64,000 nucleotides of DNA from the human T2T-CHM13v2.0 reference genome, Homo sapiens (GCA_009914755.4 CP086569.2:672001-736000), one strand, 5' to 3'; counted from the first letter of the stretch, positions 29,965 through 45,605 are shown. Notes: generated by a model not told the origin, from the letters alone. A program made the numbers and translations.

Positions 29965-31260
29965 ATATGCTCAATCTAGTACACATTCCAACACAGGCCA
30001 TATCTAAGAGGCATATTTATATTTAATGTACAAAACATGTTTACATTTCGTATGGAAAATATACATTTATATTTAACATATATGTGTATATTTAATACAG
30101 GGAATATATATTTATATTTAATATAGAAAATATATATTATATTTGACATATAAAAATATATGTTTATATTTAATATGGGAAATATATGTTTATGTTTAAT
30201 ATACAAAATACATGTTGATATTTAAAATAGAAAATGTATAGTTATATTTGCTATGCAAAATACATGTTTATATTTAATATAGAAAATATGTTTATATTTA
30301 ACGTAGAGAATATATATTTATATTTAATATGGAAAATATATATTTATATTTAACATATATAGTATTTATATTTAATGTATAAAATATGTTTACATTTAAT
30401 GTGCGGAATATATGCTTATATTTAATGTCTAAAATACATGTTTATATTTAATGTATTGTAAACATTAAATGTACCAAACGTATTCTTATATTTAATGTAT
30501 AAAAGATGTTTATATTTAATATATAAGATATGTTTACATTTAATGGATAAAATGTTTATGTTTGATGTATAAAAGATGTTTATATTTAATGTATACAATG
30601 TTTATATTTAATGTACCAAATATATTATTATATTTAATGTCCAAAATGTATTTATATATAATATGTAAGGTATGTTTATATTTTATATGAAAGATATGTT
30701 TACATTTAACGTATAAAATGTTTATGTTTAATGTATACAACATGTTTATATTAAATGTATACGATGTTTTTATTTAATGTACCAAATGTATTATATTTAA
30801 TGTATAAAAGACGTTTATATTTAACATATAAGTTTATATATACTTTATATATTATATATTATATATACGTTATATATTGTATAATATATAAAATATATAA
30901 AAATAAGTTATATTTAATATATAAGATATGTTTATATTTAATGTATATGTTTATGTTTAATATATAAAAGATGTTTATATTTAATGTATAAAAACATGTT
31001 TAATGTATAAATTATATTTATATTTAATGTATATTTTTATATTTAATGAATACATATATTTGTATTAATATATGAAATGTATATTCATACTTAGTATGTA
31101 AATATACACTCATTTAATAGACAAAATGTATATCTGTATTTAGTATATAAAATGTATATTTGAGTTTAATAGATAAATGCATGTTCATATTAATATGTAA
31201 ATATATGTCCATGTTTATAAAAATATATATATTTACATGCTCCTTGTCTCCTTTTCTAGA
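29965..31260. repeat. AT-rich minisatellite, ~1.3 kb, ~25-30-bp units (ATGTTTATATTTAATGTATAAAAG variants)
   Basis: TTTATATTTAAT(A/G)TA(T/G)A(A/G)AATAT... units repeat throughout. Seen directly. Confidence 0.9.
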
Positions 31261-32216
31261 TCAAGATCTTACAGTAATAGCAAAAAAAAATAAAATCCGT
31301 TTATTTTGTAACAAAACACCTTGGGCTTCCCACAGCCTGGACCAACATGATTTTATTTTAGAGCAAAGAGTGAGGTGTAAGCAGGTTTTCTGGCCCCATC
31401 GGGCGACATGTGTGGCTGGGGCAGCGCTGTGTAGGGAAGGACACAGCCAGTGGACCCTCTAGAGTTTCCCTGCATGGGGTTTCTCTCTCTTCCTCTTACA
31501 AGAAACACTTTCTGAATTTTTAGGACACCCAGTCATGAATGCAAGAAACCTGAGATGGAGTCAGCCTGGGAACAGCCGAGCTCTGAGACGGTCACATCAA
31601 GCTGTTCCCACCGTAAAACTCACTCCTGACGTCCACCTCTCCTGGGATGAAAGTGGCCAGCAGCCTCGGCCTGGCCTAGGACTCCAGAGCCCCGGGTAGT
31701 GGTGGCTGGGGTGACTGACAGGGCCTGTCTGCTCCAGCTGCCTCCCTGTCCCTGAGTCTGTCCAGCCAAGGGTCACCCTGCAATGCAGGACCTCAGTGAT
31801 TCTGCACATAGGGGTCACTTTGCTCACATTCTCAAAGATAAAAATGAACCCAGTTTCAAAATCAAAAACAAAAACCAGTTGTCTGTGTAATACTCTTGCA
31901 GCAGAGCTGGTGCCCTTTCCTGCGTCTATAATTTGTAGCCTTAAGGTTGTAAAAGTCTACACTGGAAGCAAACACAAGCTCCTTCTGAACACCACCAAGA
32001 GCTCCCCTCTGGAAGCCTGGCCTCCAAAACGCCGTCTGCTTCCTCTTTTTTCTTTTTTTTGGAGAGAGTTTCAGTATTTTAAGGATCTCATTTGCTTTTG
32101 GGGAATTGCTTCCTGAGAATAAGCGCCTCCCACCCCACCCAACTACCCATCTCTGAACCATTTATTCGTTTCTCTGTCTGAGCAACCAAAGCTTTCCTAA
32201 GCTGTTGAGGGCTTAA

Positions 32217-33732
<1,516 letters not shown>

Positions 33733-34637
33733 TTAAAGTACCCTGCAAACGGGCATTTGCAGAGGGGCACGGGAGAGGCTACCGGCGAATTAAGAGCTGC
33801 AGAGACGAGGGTCTGTGGCCATCACCTTTGCAGCTGCAGGAGAGAGGAGGTGATTAGGGAAGCTCCGTGTTCCCCTCTGAGCCTGGCAGGTGCGTTGTCC
33901 CCACCCTGCCCCCAGCACCGCACAGTCCATTGCAATGCAGGCCCTGCTTTTGGGTTTAGCAAAGGTAACTTCCCCTGGCACCCCCAGGCTTCTGCTTCCA
34001 GCACAGCGACTGCGACGTTGTGTTTGCACCTCGGTCCTCATACAGAATTCACCCACCTTGCACTCAATCTTCCTCTCCCGGCGGTACCATTAATATTTTA
34101 ATTTCATCAGAATTTCTGGAACTGGCTTGCCATCCTGAGCAACCTAGTTACCTGTCAGCCCCTATCAGCTTGTCATATTAGAGGGGATTGTCCTAGGAAC
34201 CTAATCTGCTTTAAATGATTTTCGTGGGGTGTTGGTCTATAAATCATCTCGAGGCAGGCCTGACAACGCGAAGGTTTTGGTGGATAAACAAACCACACTT
34301 GTTTTATTTTCGGCAGGCACAGACTTTGCTTTATCAACTTCTTATTGATTTCCGTGCTCCAAGAGGTCAAAAAAATGTTTTTGCTTCTCCTTTACATACA
34401 AAAACATTATTCATAGCAGAGCTGTGGGCAGAGGCAACTCTCATTAAGATAAGTTCCAAGATTCGCAGGCGAGGTGGCTGGTGGGAGAAACGACACACAC
34501 CTGTTTCAGCCAAGCCCTTGGTGGAGTTTGGAGTTTCCAAAACGTTGACTCTTCCTCTTTCTGGTCAAAATAGAAATTATATGGATATTAAGGAGCCCCA
34601 AGTCTCTGCAGGGATATGGAGGAACCCTGGACATACA

Positions 34638-34638
34638 A

Positions 34639-34676
<38 letters not shown>

Positions 34677-34680
34677 GCAC
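34638..34680. repeat. (CA)n microsatellite, ~20 units
   Basis: Seen directly. Confidence 0.95.
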
Positions 34681-34881
34681 CCACACTCACCACCCCATGC
34701 CAAGAAGATACACAGAAAACTCACTCACCTTTCACTCAAGTTTGCAAATTTGGAACTGACTTAATGAAGGAAAGAAAAGTTGCAGCTACAAAGTAACACA
34801 GAGCCAATGAAAAGACAAAAACCACCATTAGATTTTCTTCTTTTCTACAGTTTTATTTTATGTTTAACAATTATCGTTTGG

Positions 34882-35173
<292 letters not shown>

Positions 35174-35214
35174 ATCTCCATAATGATTGTACACATTTAT
35201 GACATATAATATAA

Positions 35215-35631
<417 letters not shown>

Positions 35632-35639
35632 TAAGTTAT

Positions 35640-35990
35640 TGGAGTACAGGTGGTATTTGGTGACATGAGGAAGTTATTCAATGGAGATTTCTGAGAACGT
35701 GGTGCGCCCAACACCCGAGCAGTATACATTGTATCAAATTTGTTGTCTTTTATCCCTCGTCCCCTTCCCACACTTCCCACCAACAAAATCCTCTCTTTGG
35801 ACTATTTTGTAATATACAATATATTCTTGTTAAGTATTGTCACCCTGCAGAGAATTAAAACAACAGAATTTAGTCCTATTTAGTCGTAACTTTGTACACA
35901 TGGACCAACCTCTCTCCATCCCTTCTTTCTCTCTCCCTTCCCCAGCTTATGGTAATCACCACTGTGCTGTCTATTCCTAGGAGATCAACT
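35640..35990 (+). mobile_element. Older-subfamily L1 3'-end fragment
   Basis: GCGCCCAACACCCGAGCAGTATACATTGTATCAAATTTGTTGTCTTTTATCCCTCGTCCCCTTCCCACACTTCCCACC matches a conserved stretch of the old L1 3' UTR. Confidence 0.6.
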
Positions 35991-35994
35991 CTTT

Positions 35995-36313
<319 letters not shown>

Positions 36314-36439
36314 TAGCTTCCACATGGGAGTGAGAACTGGCTGCATTTGTCTTATTTCACTTCTGGGTATGCATCCGCAGAAAATAAAACCAGTATATCA
36401 AAAAAAAAGGGGGGAGGTCTGCACCCCCATGTTCATTGC

Positions 36440-36640
36440 AAGGCTATTCACGAGAGCCAACATGTAGAATTAACCTAAGTATCAGTGGGGGATGGATAAA
36501 GAAAATGTGGTACACACACACCATGGAATACTATTCAGCCATCAAAAAGGAAGAAGTCTCACCACTTTGCAACAACTTAACGTTAAGGGAAATGAGCCAG
36601 CACGAGGTTTTCTTTGGTGTTTGAACTCAAAGCAGGATGG
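36440..36640 (+). mobile_element. Older L1 ORF2 C-terminal fragment
   Basis: GGATAAAGAAAATGTGGTACACACACACCATGGAATACTATTCAGCCATCAAAAAGGAAGAAGTCTCACCACTTTGCAACAAC carries the WIKKMWYIHTMEYYSAIKK motif of L1 ORF2. Confidence 0.55.
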
Positions 36641-36660
36641 TTGTTGTGCGCATAACATGA

Positions 36661-37009
<349 letters not shown>

Positions 37010-37088
37010 TGAAACAGGACAATACCAGTGCAGTGATGCATGATGATTTGATTCTGGAATTGCTGCTTTGAACGTGTAAGAGTCATAA

Positions 37089-37452
<364 letters not shown>

Positions 37453-37714
37453 TGAGTGTACCAAATATTCAATTACCATAGCCACGCTGTGACTGACTGT
37501 TGTCCAAAGGACCAGGTGCTCAGCCCGATGACCTATGCTGAACTTTCTCTAAAAAATCTTACTCCCAATTTCACATCAGTGTGATTTTTCACTCTTGACA
37601 GTAAAATGAAACAGCGTTGTTGACCTAAAATTCCAACCATAGGATCATTGACGTGTTAAAGATATTTTATAGTAAAAGTAATTCCTAGGTTCTGTGATCG
37701 TGTAAAAATGGCTT

Positions 37715-38290
37715 TCTCTCTCTCTCTCCCTCTTTATACTCTCTTCTTTCTTTTCTTTCTCCTTCCTCTTTCTCTTTCATTCATTCTTTTTCTTTCTGTC
37801 TCTTTCTTCCTTTCTTCCCTCCCTACTTTCTTTCCCTCCCTACCTCTCCCTTCCTTCTTTCTTTCCTTCTTTCTTTCCTTCTTTCCTTCCTTCCCTCCCT
37901 CTTTCCTTCCCTCCTTCCTTCCATCTTTCCTCATTTTCCTCTCCTCCCTCCCTCCCTCCCTTCCTTCCTTCCTCCTTTCTCCATTCCCTCTCTCTCTCCC
38001 TTCCTTTCTTTTCTTCCTTCCTTTCTATCTTCCTCCTTTCTTTTTTGTTCCTTTCTTTCTCTGTCTTCTTCTCCTCTCTTTCTTCCTTTCTCTTTCTCTC
38101 TTCTTTTTTCTTTTTCTATCCCTCCCTCCCTCCTTTCCTTCCTTCCTTCCCTTCCTTTCTCTTCCTTCTTTCTTTCTTTCCTCTTTCTTTCTTTTCCTTT
38201 CTTCTCTTTCTTTCCTTCTTTCTTCTTTTCCTTCCTTTCTTCCTTCCTTCCTCTGTCCCTCCCTCCTTTTCTTCCTTTCTTTCTCTCTTT
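37715..38290. repeat. Polypyrimidine (CTTY)n-rich tract, ~575 bp
   Basis: Seen directly. It accounts for the 249-aa ORF at 37708-38457. Confidence 0.95.
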
Positions 38291-38292
38291 CA

Positions 38293-38540
38293 CAGGATCT
38301 CACTCTGTCATTCAGACCAGAGTGTAGTGGTGCAAACACAGCTCACTGCAGCCTCAAACTCCCAGGCTCAAGGAAACCTTCCACCTCAGACTCCAGAGTA
38401 GCTGGGGCCACAGACACACGCCACCATGCCCCACTACTTTTTTTCCAGTTTTTGTAGAAATGGGGTCTCACTTTGTAGCTCAGGCTGGTGTCGAATTCCT
38501 GGCCTCAAGCAATCCTCCTGCCTCAACCTCCTAGAGTGGT
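38293..38540 (-). mobile_element. Alu SINE, older (AluJ-like, diverged)
   Basis: CAGGATCTCACTCTGTCATTCAGACCAGAGTGTAGTGGTGCAAACACAGCTCACTGCAGCCTCAAACTCCCAGGCTCAAGGAAACC... is highly diverged from the consensus. Confidence 0.75.
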
Positions 38541-38934
38541 GCAAATCTTCACAGAGTCCAGCCGCATCTTTCAGGAATGCATTTCTGTTGGACTTGCCGT
38601 GCGTTTAACTGACAGTGAACCAGGATGTACTCAAACAAAAGTTCAATGACTGCCCAACAAAAACATCCCATATTTTAAAGTGTTTTTAAAAAATCAGGCT
38701 GATGGGGGTTGGGGGCACCTGCTTGTGTAAGAGGAAGCACATGTGAGTTTTGTAAACTCTGGATTTTGAAAACATCATCCATGACCCTTTTGCATTTTGG
38801 ATTAAGGTTTTCTCTGGCTGATAATTGACTATCATTTCTGAATCCCCAAAAATAAATGTTATACATTTTAGCTGGGGTGGGTAAAATGGACAGAGTCAAA
38901 GCTCTTAAAAAGTGACTTTTTCAAGGATCTAGAA

Positions 38935-39467
38935 CCAGAAATGCCATTTGACCCAGCAATCCCATTACTGGGTATATACCCAAAGGATTATAAATCATTC
39001 TACTATAAAGACACATGCACACGTATGTTTATTGCGGCACTATTCACAATATTAAAGACTTGGAACCAACCCAAATGCCCATCAATGATAGACTGGATAA
39101 AGAAAATGTGGCACATAGACACCATGGAATACTATGCAGCCATCAAAAAGGATGAGTTCATGTCCTTTGCAGGGACATGGATGAAGCTGGAAACCATCAT
39201 TCTCAGCAAACTATCACAGGAACAGAAAACCAAACACCGCATGTTCTCACTCATCAGTGGAAGTTGAACAATGAGAACACATGGACACAGGGAGGGGAAC
39301 ATCACACACCAGGGCTTGCTGGGGGGTGGAGGGTTAGGGAAGGGATAGCTTTAGGACAAATACCTAATGTAGATGACGGGTCGATGGGTGCAGCAAACCA
39401 CCATGGCACGTGTATACCTATGTAACAAACCTGCACGTTCTGCACATGTATCTCACACAACTTAAAG

Positions 39468-39515
<48 letters not shown>

Positions 39516-39528
39516 GTGACTTTGCAGT
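38935..39528 (+). mobile_element. L1 (L1PA-like) 3' end: ORF2 C-terminal remnant + 3' UTR + (TAA)n tail
   Basis: ORF 38941-39267 encodes MPFDPAIPLLGIYPKDYKSFYYKDTCTRMFIAALFTILKTWNQPKCPSMIDWIKKMWHIDTMEYYAAIKKDEFMSFAGTWMKLETIILSKLSQEQKTKHRMFSLISGS, which is the L1 ORF2 C-terminus. It is followed by ...ACCTAATGTAGATGACGGGTCGATGGGTGCAGCAAACCACCATGGCACGTGTATACCTATGTAACAAACCTGCACGTTCTGCACATGTATC and (TAA)18. Confidence 0.9.
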
Positions 39529-40674
39529 TCTCCAAGACAGGCAAGATTTCCACTGTAGAAACATTTCAAGAAACAGTGTGAGCCGTTTTAAACAGACGCT
39601 GTCACATCCAGGCAGTTATTCATCCCGCTGACTCTCAGATTACTGACCAGGGTACACGTGGTCGTATTACTGTGGCAGAAATCACTGGATGATATTATAG
39701 CTCACCATAGAATTCGAAACCTATTTTTTAATGCAATTTTTAAATACAGGCATTTGAGATAAATGTCCTTGAGTATTCTTCTGACATCTTAAAGCAGTTC
39801 CTTTCCAAATCCCTTGTGGCGTTGAGAAATGAGCTTGTAGGAAAAATGCTTAATTCTTTTTCCTGATTCGTAGCGATCAATGTTGAAATCAATCAAGTGG
39901 GGTCACATCCGCCTTTCCAAATAATAGTCCAAAGTTTTCAAATTAAAAAAAAAAAAGCATTATGAGTTATGTGAATTGGAGTAGACAGAACTGGATTTCT
40001 TTTTTTTTTTTTTTTCACTAGGCTTGTTTTAGGAATTATAACTTTACGATGTTCTGTAAGTTGCATGTCTGCTTTTTGAATGGCCCCTGTGGTTTTTGGA
40101 GTTCCTCTCCATGCCTGTACAAATCTCTCTGCCTCCCGAGGGGTCTCCAAAGTGGAAGATTAGAGGCCACTGAGTCATGGCCGGATCCTTTTCAGGATGA
40201 CAAAGCAATGCAGGCTTGGATTACAGAAGCCAGACGTGTTGCATATTAATCTACCTTCTACCCAGGAAAAGCAAAAACTGGAGGGAGAGTAAGAGCAATT
40301 AATTTAAAAGTGGCCGTGGGGAAGGCTCTTAGAGTCTAGATGAGAGAAGAGAGTCGGTTATTTACTCACAATATGGAGTTTTATTTTATTTTTATTCCCA
40401 GGGTTCTATCGGCATGAATTTCTCAGAAAAACAAAAACGAAAACACAAAACAAACAAACAAAAACCTTGAAGCCACAATGGCTGATAATTCATAAAATAA
40501 TTATTCCATATAAGTCTCAGGCTGCATTTATATTTGAATTATAATTGGGATGAGAGGCAGGAAGTGCATAGGAATGACTTGTTACCACGAGCCCGCGCTC
40601 TGGAATGCAAAGCTGTAATTTTTAACGATGAAATGGCAGATATCTACACAGATCAGTGGAAAATACCTTAATTT

Positions 40675-41080
40675 TCCATAAATTTTCCTTCATGGTCCCC
40701 ATGGGACCCGTAAGGTCTTCAACTGTGCTTGGGTGGTTTTTCTTTGGAGGAACACAGAGTTTCATCTTCTGGTGTATCCAAAGTCTCACATATGTTGCTG
40801 GCTCCCAGCAAGATGGGAAAAGAAGAAAAGAAAAAAAAAGAAAAGAAAAGAGAAGAGAAGAGAAGAGAAGAGAAGAGAAGAGAAGAGAAGAGAAGAGAAG
40901 AGAAGAGAAGGGAGGGGAAGGGAAGTGAAGGAAGGGAAGGGAAGGGAAGGAAGGGAAGGAAGGGAAGGGAAGGGACAGAAAGGAAGGGAAGGGAAGGAAG
41001 GGAAGGGAGAAGGGAAGGGAGGGGAGGGGAGGGAAGGGAAGAGAAAGGAAGAAAAGAAAAGAAATTTTACATTGATTTAT
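40675..41080 (+). repeat. Local duplicated segment copy 1 (unique ~150 bp + (GAGAA)n/(GGGAA)n microsatellite)
   Basis: CCATGGGACCCGTAAGGTCTTCAACTGTGCTTGGGTGGTTTTTCTTTGGAGGAACACAGAGTTTCATCTTCTGGTGTATCCAAAGTCTCACATATGTTGCTGGCTCCCAGCAAG..., a GA-rich array, then GAAAAGAAATTTTACATTGATTT. This recurs 875 bp downstream. Confidence 0.8.
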
Positions 41081-41549
41081 TTATGGAAAATTAAATTTGT
41101 GGTCATGGGGCAACGTGTGGTGGACTGGAATATAGGCTCCCAAGAATCAGGGTGGGCATCAGAAAACAGAGCCGGGTGTGTGGAAGGCAGGAATAGCAAC
41201 TCCTTCGGATTCCTGGTGGTTGCTATGCACGGTGACTTTCTTCATCTTGAAAATAATAGCGGCATTGCGTATCGTCTCACACATACAGCACTAAATAATG
41301 AGGTAAAGAGTCTAATTCGCCCCCACATACCTCAGTCGCTGCAAGCCACACTCTAAGAAATGGTGGAGATGGTGTGCGTCTTACTGATGTAGATTTTGGG
41401 GTGGGCTCTCCAGTTTGGGAGACCAGGGTGACCTCCATGATCTCCTACTTCCCCAAGGCAGGTGTAGCACAAAACAAACACAGCTTACTCTACCCCTGAT
41501 TGGGGAAAATCTCCTAAAAAAAATCCCGTCCTATCACTGTTCTTCTGTA

Positions 41550-41945
41550 ACCCCATAACTCCTTCACCTCCCCACCTTGGGACCCACAAAGTCTCCAACT
41601 CTGTTTGGGTGGTTTTTGTTTGAGGGAACACAGAGTTTCATCTCTTGGTGTAACCAAAGTCTCACATATGTTGCTGGCTACCAGCAAGAGGAAAAGAGAA
41701 GAAAAGAAAAAAGGGAAGGGAAGAGAAGAAAACAAAAGGAAGGGAAGGGAAGAGAAGAAAACAAAAGGAAGGGAAGGGAAGGGAAGGAAGAGAAAAGAAG
41801 GGAAGGCAAAAGAAGGGAAGGGAAGAGAAGGGAAGGGAAGGGAAAGGAAGGGAAGGGAGAAAAGAAAAGAAGAAAAGAAAAAAAGAAGAAGAGGAGATAA
41901 AAGAAAAGAAAAAGAAAAGAAAAGAAATTTTACATTGATTTTTTT
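41550..41945 (+). repeat. Local duplicated segment copy 2 (same unit with a (GGAAG)n microsatellite)
   Basis: CCTTGGGACCCACAAAGTCTCCAACTCTGTTTGGGTGGTTTTTGTTTGAGGGAACACAGAGTTTCATCTCTTGGTGTAACCAAAGTCTCACATATGTTGCTGGCTACCAGCAAG..., a GA-rich array, then GAAAAGAAATTTTACATTGATTT. Confidence 0.8.
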
Positions 41946-42049
41946 TTAAAGGAAGTGAATGAAATATTGAATTTTTTTTCCCCCTCCATGGTCAACCCCC
42001 AGGAAGTCTTCCCTGTTTCTATCTCTTTACCTCCTTTGATAAATGTGGG

Positions 42050-42600
42050 GACAAATTATTCATTGGATTCTCCCCTGCTCTACTCCTGTCTTTATTCATT
42101 TTTTTAATTACTGCAAGTACATAGTAGGTGTATATAGTTACGGGGTAGGTGAGACGTTTTCATGCCCACATGCAATATGCAGTAATCACATTAGGGTAAA
42201 TAAGATATCCATGAACTCAAGCATTGAGGCTTTGTGTTACAATTCAATTATGCTCGTTTAGTTATTTACAAATGTACGATGAAGTGATTATTGATGATAC
42301 TCACCCTGTTATGCTAGCAAAAACTAGGATTTATTTATTCTTTCTAATTATTTGTTGGTACACATTAACCTTCCCCACCTCTTCCACACAAACTCCCCAC
42401 TATCTTTCTCAGCCTCTGAGAACCAGCCTTCTACTCTTCTATTTCCATGAGTTCAATTGTTTTCAATTTTAGCTCCTGCAAATAAGTGAGAACATGAAGA
42501 GTTTGTCTTTCTGTGCCTGGCTTATTTCACTGAACATAATGACCATCCGTTTTATTGCAAATGGCAAGATCTCATTCTTTTTCATGGCTGAATAGTATTC
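42050..42600 (-). mobile_element. Older-subfamily L1 fragment (reverse orientation)
   Basis: AAGTGAGAACATGAAGAGTTTGTCTTTCTGTGCCTGGCTTATTTCACTGAACATAATGACCATCCGTTTTATTGCAAATGGCAAGATCTCATTCTTTTTCATGGCTGAATAGTATTCCATTCC. Upstream sequence is consistent with an old L1 3' UTR. Confidence 0.6.
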
Positions 42601-42604
42601 CATT

Positions 42605-42790
42605 CCATATGTGTAACACTTTTCTCTTCTTTCTTTCTTTTTCTTTCTTTCATTCTTTCTTTCTTTTTCTTTCTTTCTTTCTTTCTCTTTCTTTCTTTCT
42701 TCCTTCCTTCCTTTCTCTTTCTTTCTTTCTTCCTTCCTTTCTTCCTTCCTTCCTTTCTTTCTTTCTGTCTCTCTCTCTCTCTCCTCTCTT
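42605..42790. repeat. (CTTT)n/(CCTT)n polypyrimidine tract
   Basis: Seen directly. Confidence 0.9.
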
Positions 42791-43402
<612 letters not shown>

Positions 43403-43489
43403 TCATTTTCTTTATCCATTCACCTGTTGATGAACACTTACGTTGTTTCCCAATCTCAGCTCTTGGGAACAGTGCTGCAATATACTATG

Positions 43490-43760
43490 AGATTGCAGGT
43501 ATCTCAAAATAAAATAAAATAAAATAAAATAAAATAGAGCTACCATAGAATTCAGTAATCCTACTTTTTTGTATTTTTAGTAGAGACGGGGTTTCACCAT
43601 GTTGGCCAGGCTGGTCTCCAACTCCTGACCTCAGGCGATCCACAAGCCTCGGCCTCCTAAACTTCAATATACTGACTTCTTTTATTGAGGGTGTATGCCC
43701 ATCAGTGAGTATGATTGCTGAATTCTATGGTAGCTCTATTTTATTTTATTTATTGTTATT
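43490..43760. repeat. Inverted repeat: (AAAAT)n + AGAGCTACCATAGAATTCAG on one side and CTGAATTCTATGGTAGCTCT + (ATTTT)n on the other, flanking an Alu left-arm fragment (43566-43657, minus)
   Basis: AAAATAAAATAAAATAGAGCTACCATAGAATTCAGTAATC and GATTGCTGAATTCTATGGTAGCTCTATTTTATTTTATTT are reverse complements of each other. Confidence 0.85.
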
Positions 43761-43771
43761 ATTATTATTTT

Positions 43772-44020
43772 GAGACGGAGTCTCACTCTGTTGCCCAGCC
43801 TGGAGAGCAGTGATGGGATCTCGGCTTACCGCAACCTCCACCTCCCGGGTTCAAGTGATTCTCCTGCCTCAGCCTCCCCAGTAGCTGGATTAAGGCACCA
43901 GCCGACACTCCTGGCTAATTTTTTTTTTAATATATTTTTAGTAGAAACGGGGTCTCACCATGTTGGCCAGGCTGGTCTCGAACTCCTGGCCTCAGGTGAT
44001 CTGCCTGCCTCGGCCTCCCC
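43772..44020 (-). mobile_element. Alu SINE (left end truncated)
   Basis: GAGACGGAGTCTCACTCTGTTGCCCAGCCTGGAGAGCAGTGATGG...GATCTGCCTGCCTCGGCCTCCCC. Confidence 0.85.
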
Positions 44021-44117
44021 AATTACGATAGCTCGATTTGTAAGGGAACCTCCAAATTGCTCCCCATTGCGGTTGCACGAATTTACATCCCCACCCACAG
44101 TGGATGGGGTGAGATTA

Positions 44118-44298
44118 CGCCTGTAATCCCAGCACTTTGGGAGGCCAAGGCGGGCGGGTTACTTGAGGTCAGGAGTTCGAGATGAGTCTGTCCAACATGG
44201 TGAAACCCCATCTGTACTAATAATACAAAAATTAGCCGGGCGTGGTGGCGGGCACCTGTAATCCCAGCTACTTGGGAGGCTGAGGCAGGAGAATCACC
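44118..44298 (+). mobile_element. Alu SINE, 3' truncated
   Basis: ACGCCTGTAATCCCAGCACTTTGGGAGGCCAAGGCGGGCGGGTTACTTGAGGTCAGGAGTTCGAGATGAGTCTGTCCAACATGGTGAAACCCCATCTG... Confidence 0.8.
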
Positions 44299-44737
44299 TG
44301 CCCCTGTCTTTAATATTGTGAAGACACATGAAGGGTGATATAGAATCAAGAAGAAGGATATCTTATTCGAGTATCAGACACTACCCCAGCTCTGTCCTCC
44401 CACAACCCCTCTGAACTTTGCTCGGAACGTAGAGGAAAAGACGTCCCTCCTGCTCCGGGAATCCCAGAAGAAAACTCCAGCCTGACAGAAGGAGGTTTAT
44501 CTCCACCACCAGGACAGGAAGCTTCGCCCTGAGTGAGCAGGTCAGAAAGAAACAAGAGCTGCGTTCCCGACGTGGGGAAGGGCCCAAGCTGTGTGTTCAT
44601 GGAGTCACATATTTTTCTGTGACATTTGCAGAAGGTATTTGGCCGGCCTCCTGGTAAGAGTTGAGACTGCTGGCCCTTTCTGTTTCTGTACCCCATCTCG
44701 GATGAACAATACATTCCATAGACATTCCCTAGACAGA

Positions 44738-45032
44738 GCCCACAGCCAGGACCCACATTTGAAGCCCCCGTGTAGACAGACACACAGTCCACAGCCAGGA
44801 CCCACATTTCAAGCCCCCGTATAGATGGACACACAGTCCACAGGCAGGACCCACATTTAACCCCCGGTGTAGACAGACACACAGTCCACAGGCAGGACCC
44901 ACATTTAACCCCCGGTGTAGACAGACACACAGTCCACAGGCAGGACCCATATTTAACCCCCGGTGTAGACAGACACACAGTCCACAGCCAGGACCCACAT
45001 TTCAAGCCCCCGTGTACAAGGACACACAGTCA
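44738..45032. repeat. 48-49-bp minisatellite x ~6 (CACAGTCCACAG(G/C)CAGGACCCACATTTAACCCCCGGTGTAGACAGACA)
   Basis: Period confirmed from 44887 to 44935. It accounts for the 219-aa ORF on the minus strand. Confidence 0.9.
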
Positions 45033-45559
45033 CTTCTGTGATTTTGCATTCTTTTTTTTTTTTCTTAAATGGACTCCTCCCAAATGGAAACACTTCAATC
45101 CCCAAATAACTCGTCGTCCGCCCAGGACTCCTATCCAAGGGGTTCAGGCAGTGCACACAGCATATGGTTGTCTTTTTGCCTAAACAGCAAGGAGACATCG
45201 TGTGTCCCAGGGGGCGGACCCGTATGCACAATTCATGGGCGTCAGGTAAGATTCTGGAACAGTGCTCTGAAATCCAGCTGGGAAGAAAGTCAGAGGAAGT
45301 TGCAACTCACAGTTTAACACATATTAACTCTTTAGTCTGTGGATTCCTCATCGTGGAAAGGAGGAAAATGCAATCATCAAAGAAAGTGAACATTTGGGAT
45401 GAAAATGACCTCCTTCCTCCTGAGGGTGGCCCCAGGCAGGGTCAGACCCCGGAACACAGACACAGTCGGGAAATCGTAACCACTGTCAGGTCCTCGCACA
45501 CCTGCAATTTGGGTCTCTCAGAAACCTCATTTTAACAAACCGCATTCTCCAATTCCCTC

Positions 45560-45562
45560 TCT

Positions 45563-45605
<43 letters not shown>
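45560..45605. repeat. (GT)n microsatellite, ~22 units
   Basis: Seen directly. Confidence 0.95.

Noticed and set aside
37708-38457. 249-aa plus-strand ORF and overlapping 120-aa and 104-aa minus-strand ORFs
   Set aside because: Pure translation of a polypyrimidine (CTTY)n tract (FLSFFLSF... on plus, KERKKE... on minus).
38941-39267. 108-aa ORF with clear similarity to the L1 ORF2 protein C-terminus
   Set aside because: It is the terminal remnant of a 5'-truncated L1 copy followed by its 3' UTR and tail, that is a dead transposon fragment and not a host gene.
40733-41356. 207-aa ORF rich in KEKRREEKRREEKRREGK
   Set aside because: Translation of (GAGAA)n/(GGGAA)n microsatellites.
44346-45005. 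219-aa minus-strand ORF with repeated GVKCGSCLWTVCLSTP motifs
   Set aside because: Direct translation of the 48-bp minisatellite. The periodic peptide repeat mirrors the DNA repeat exactly.
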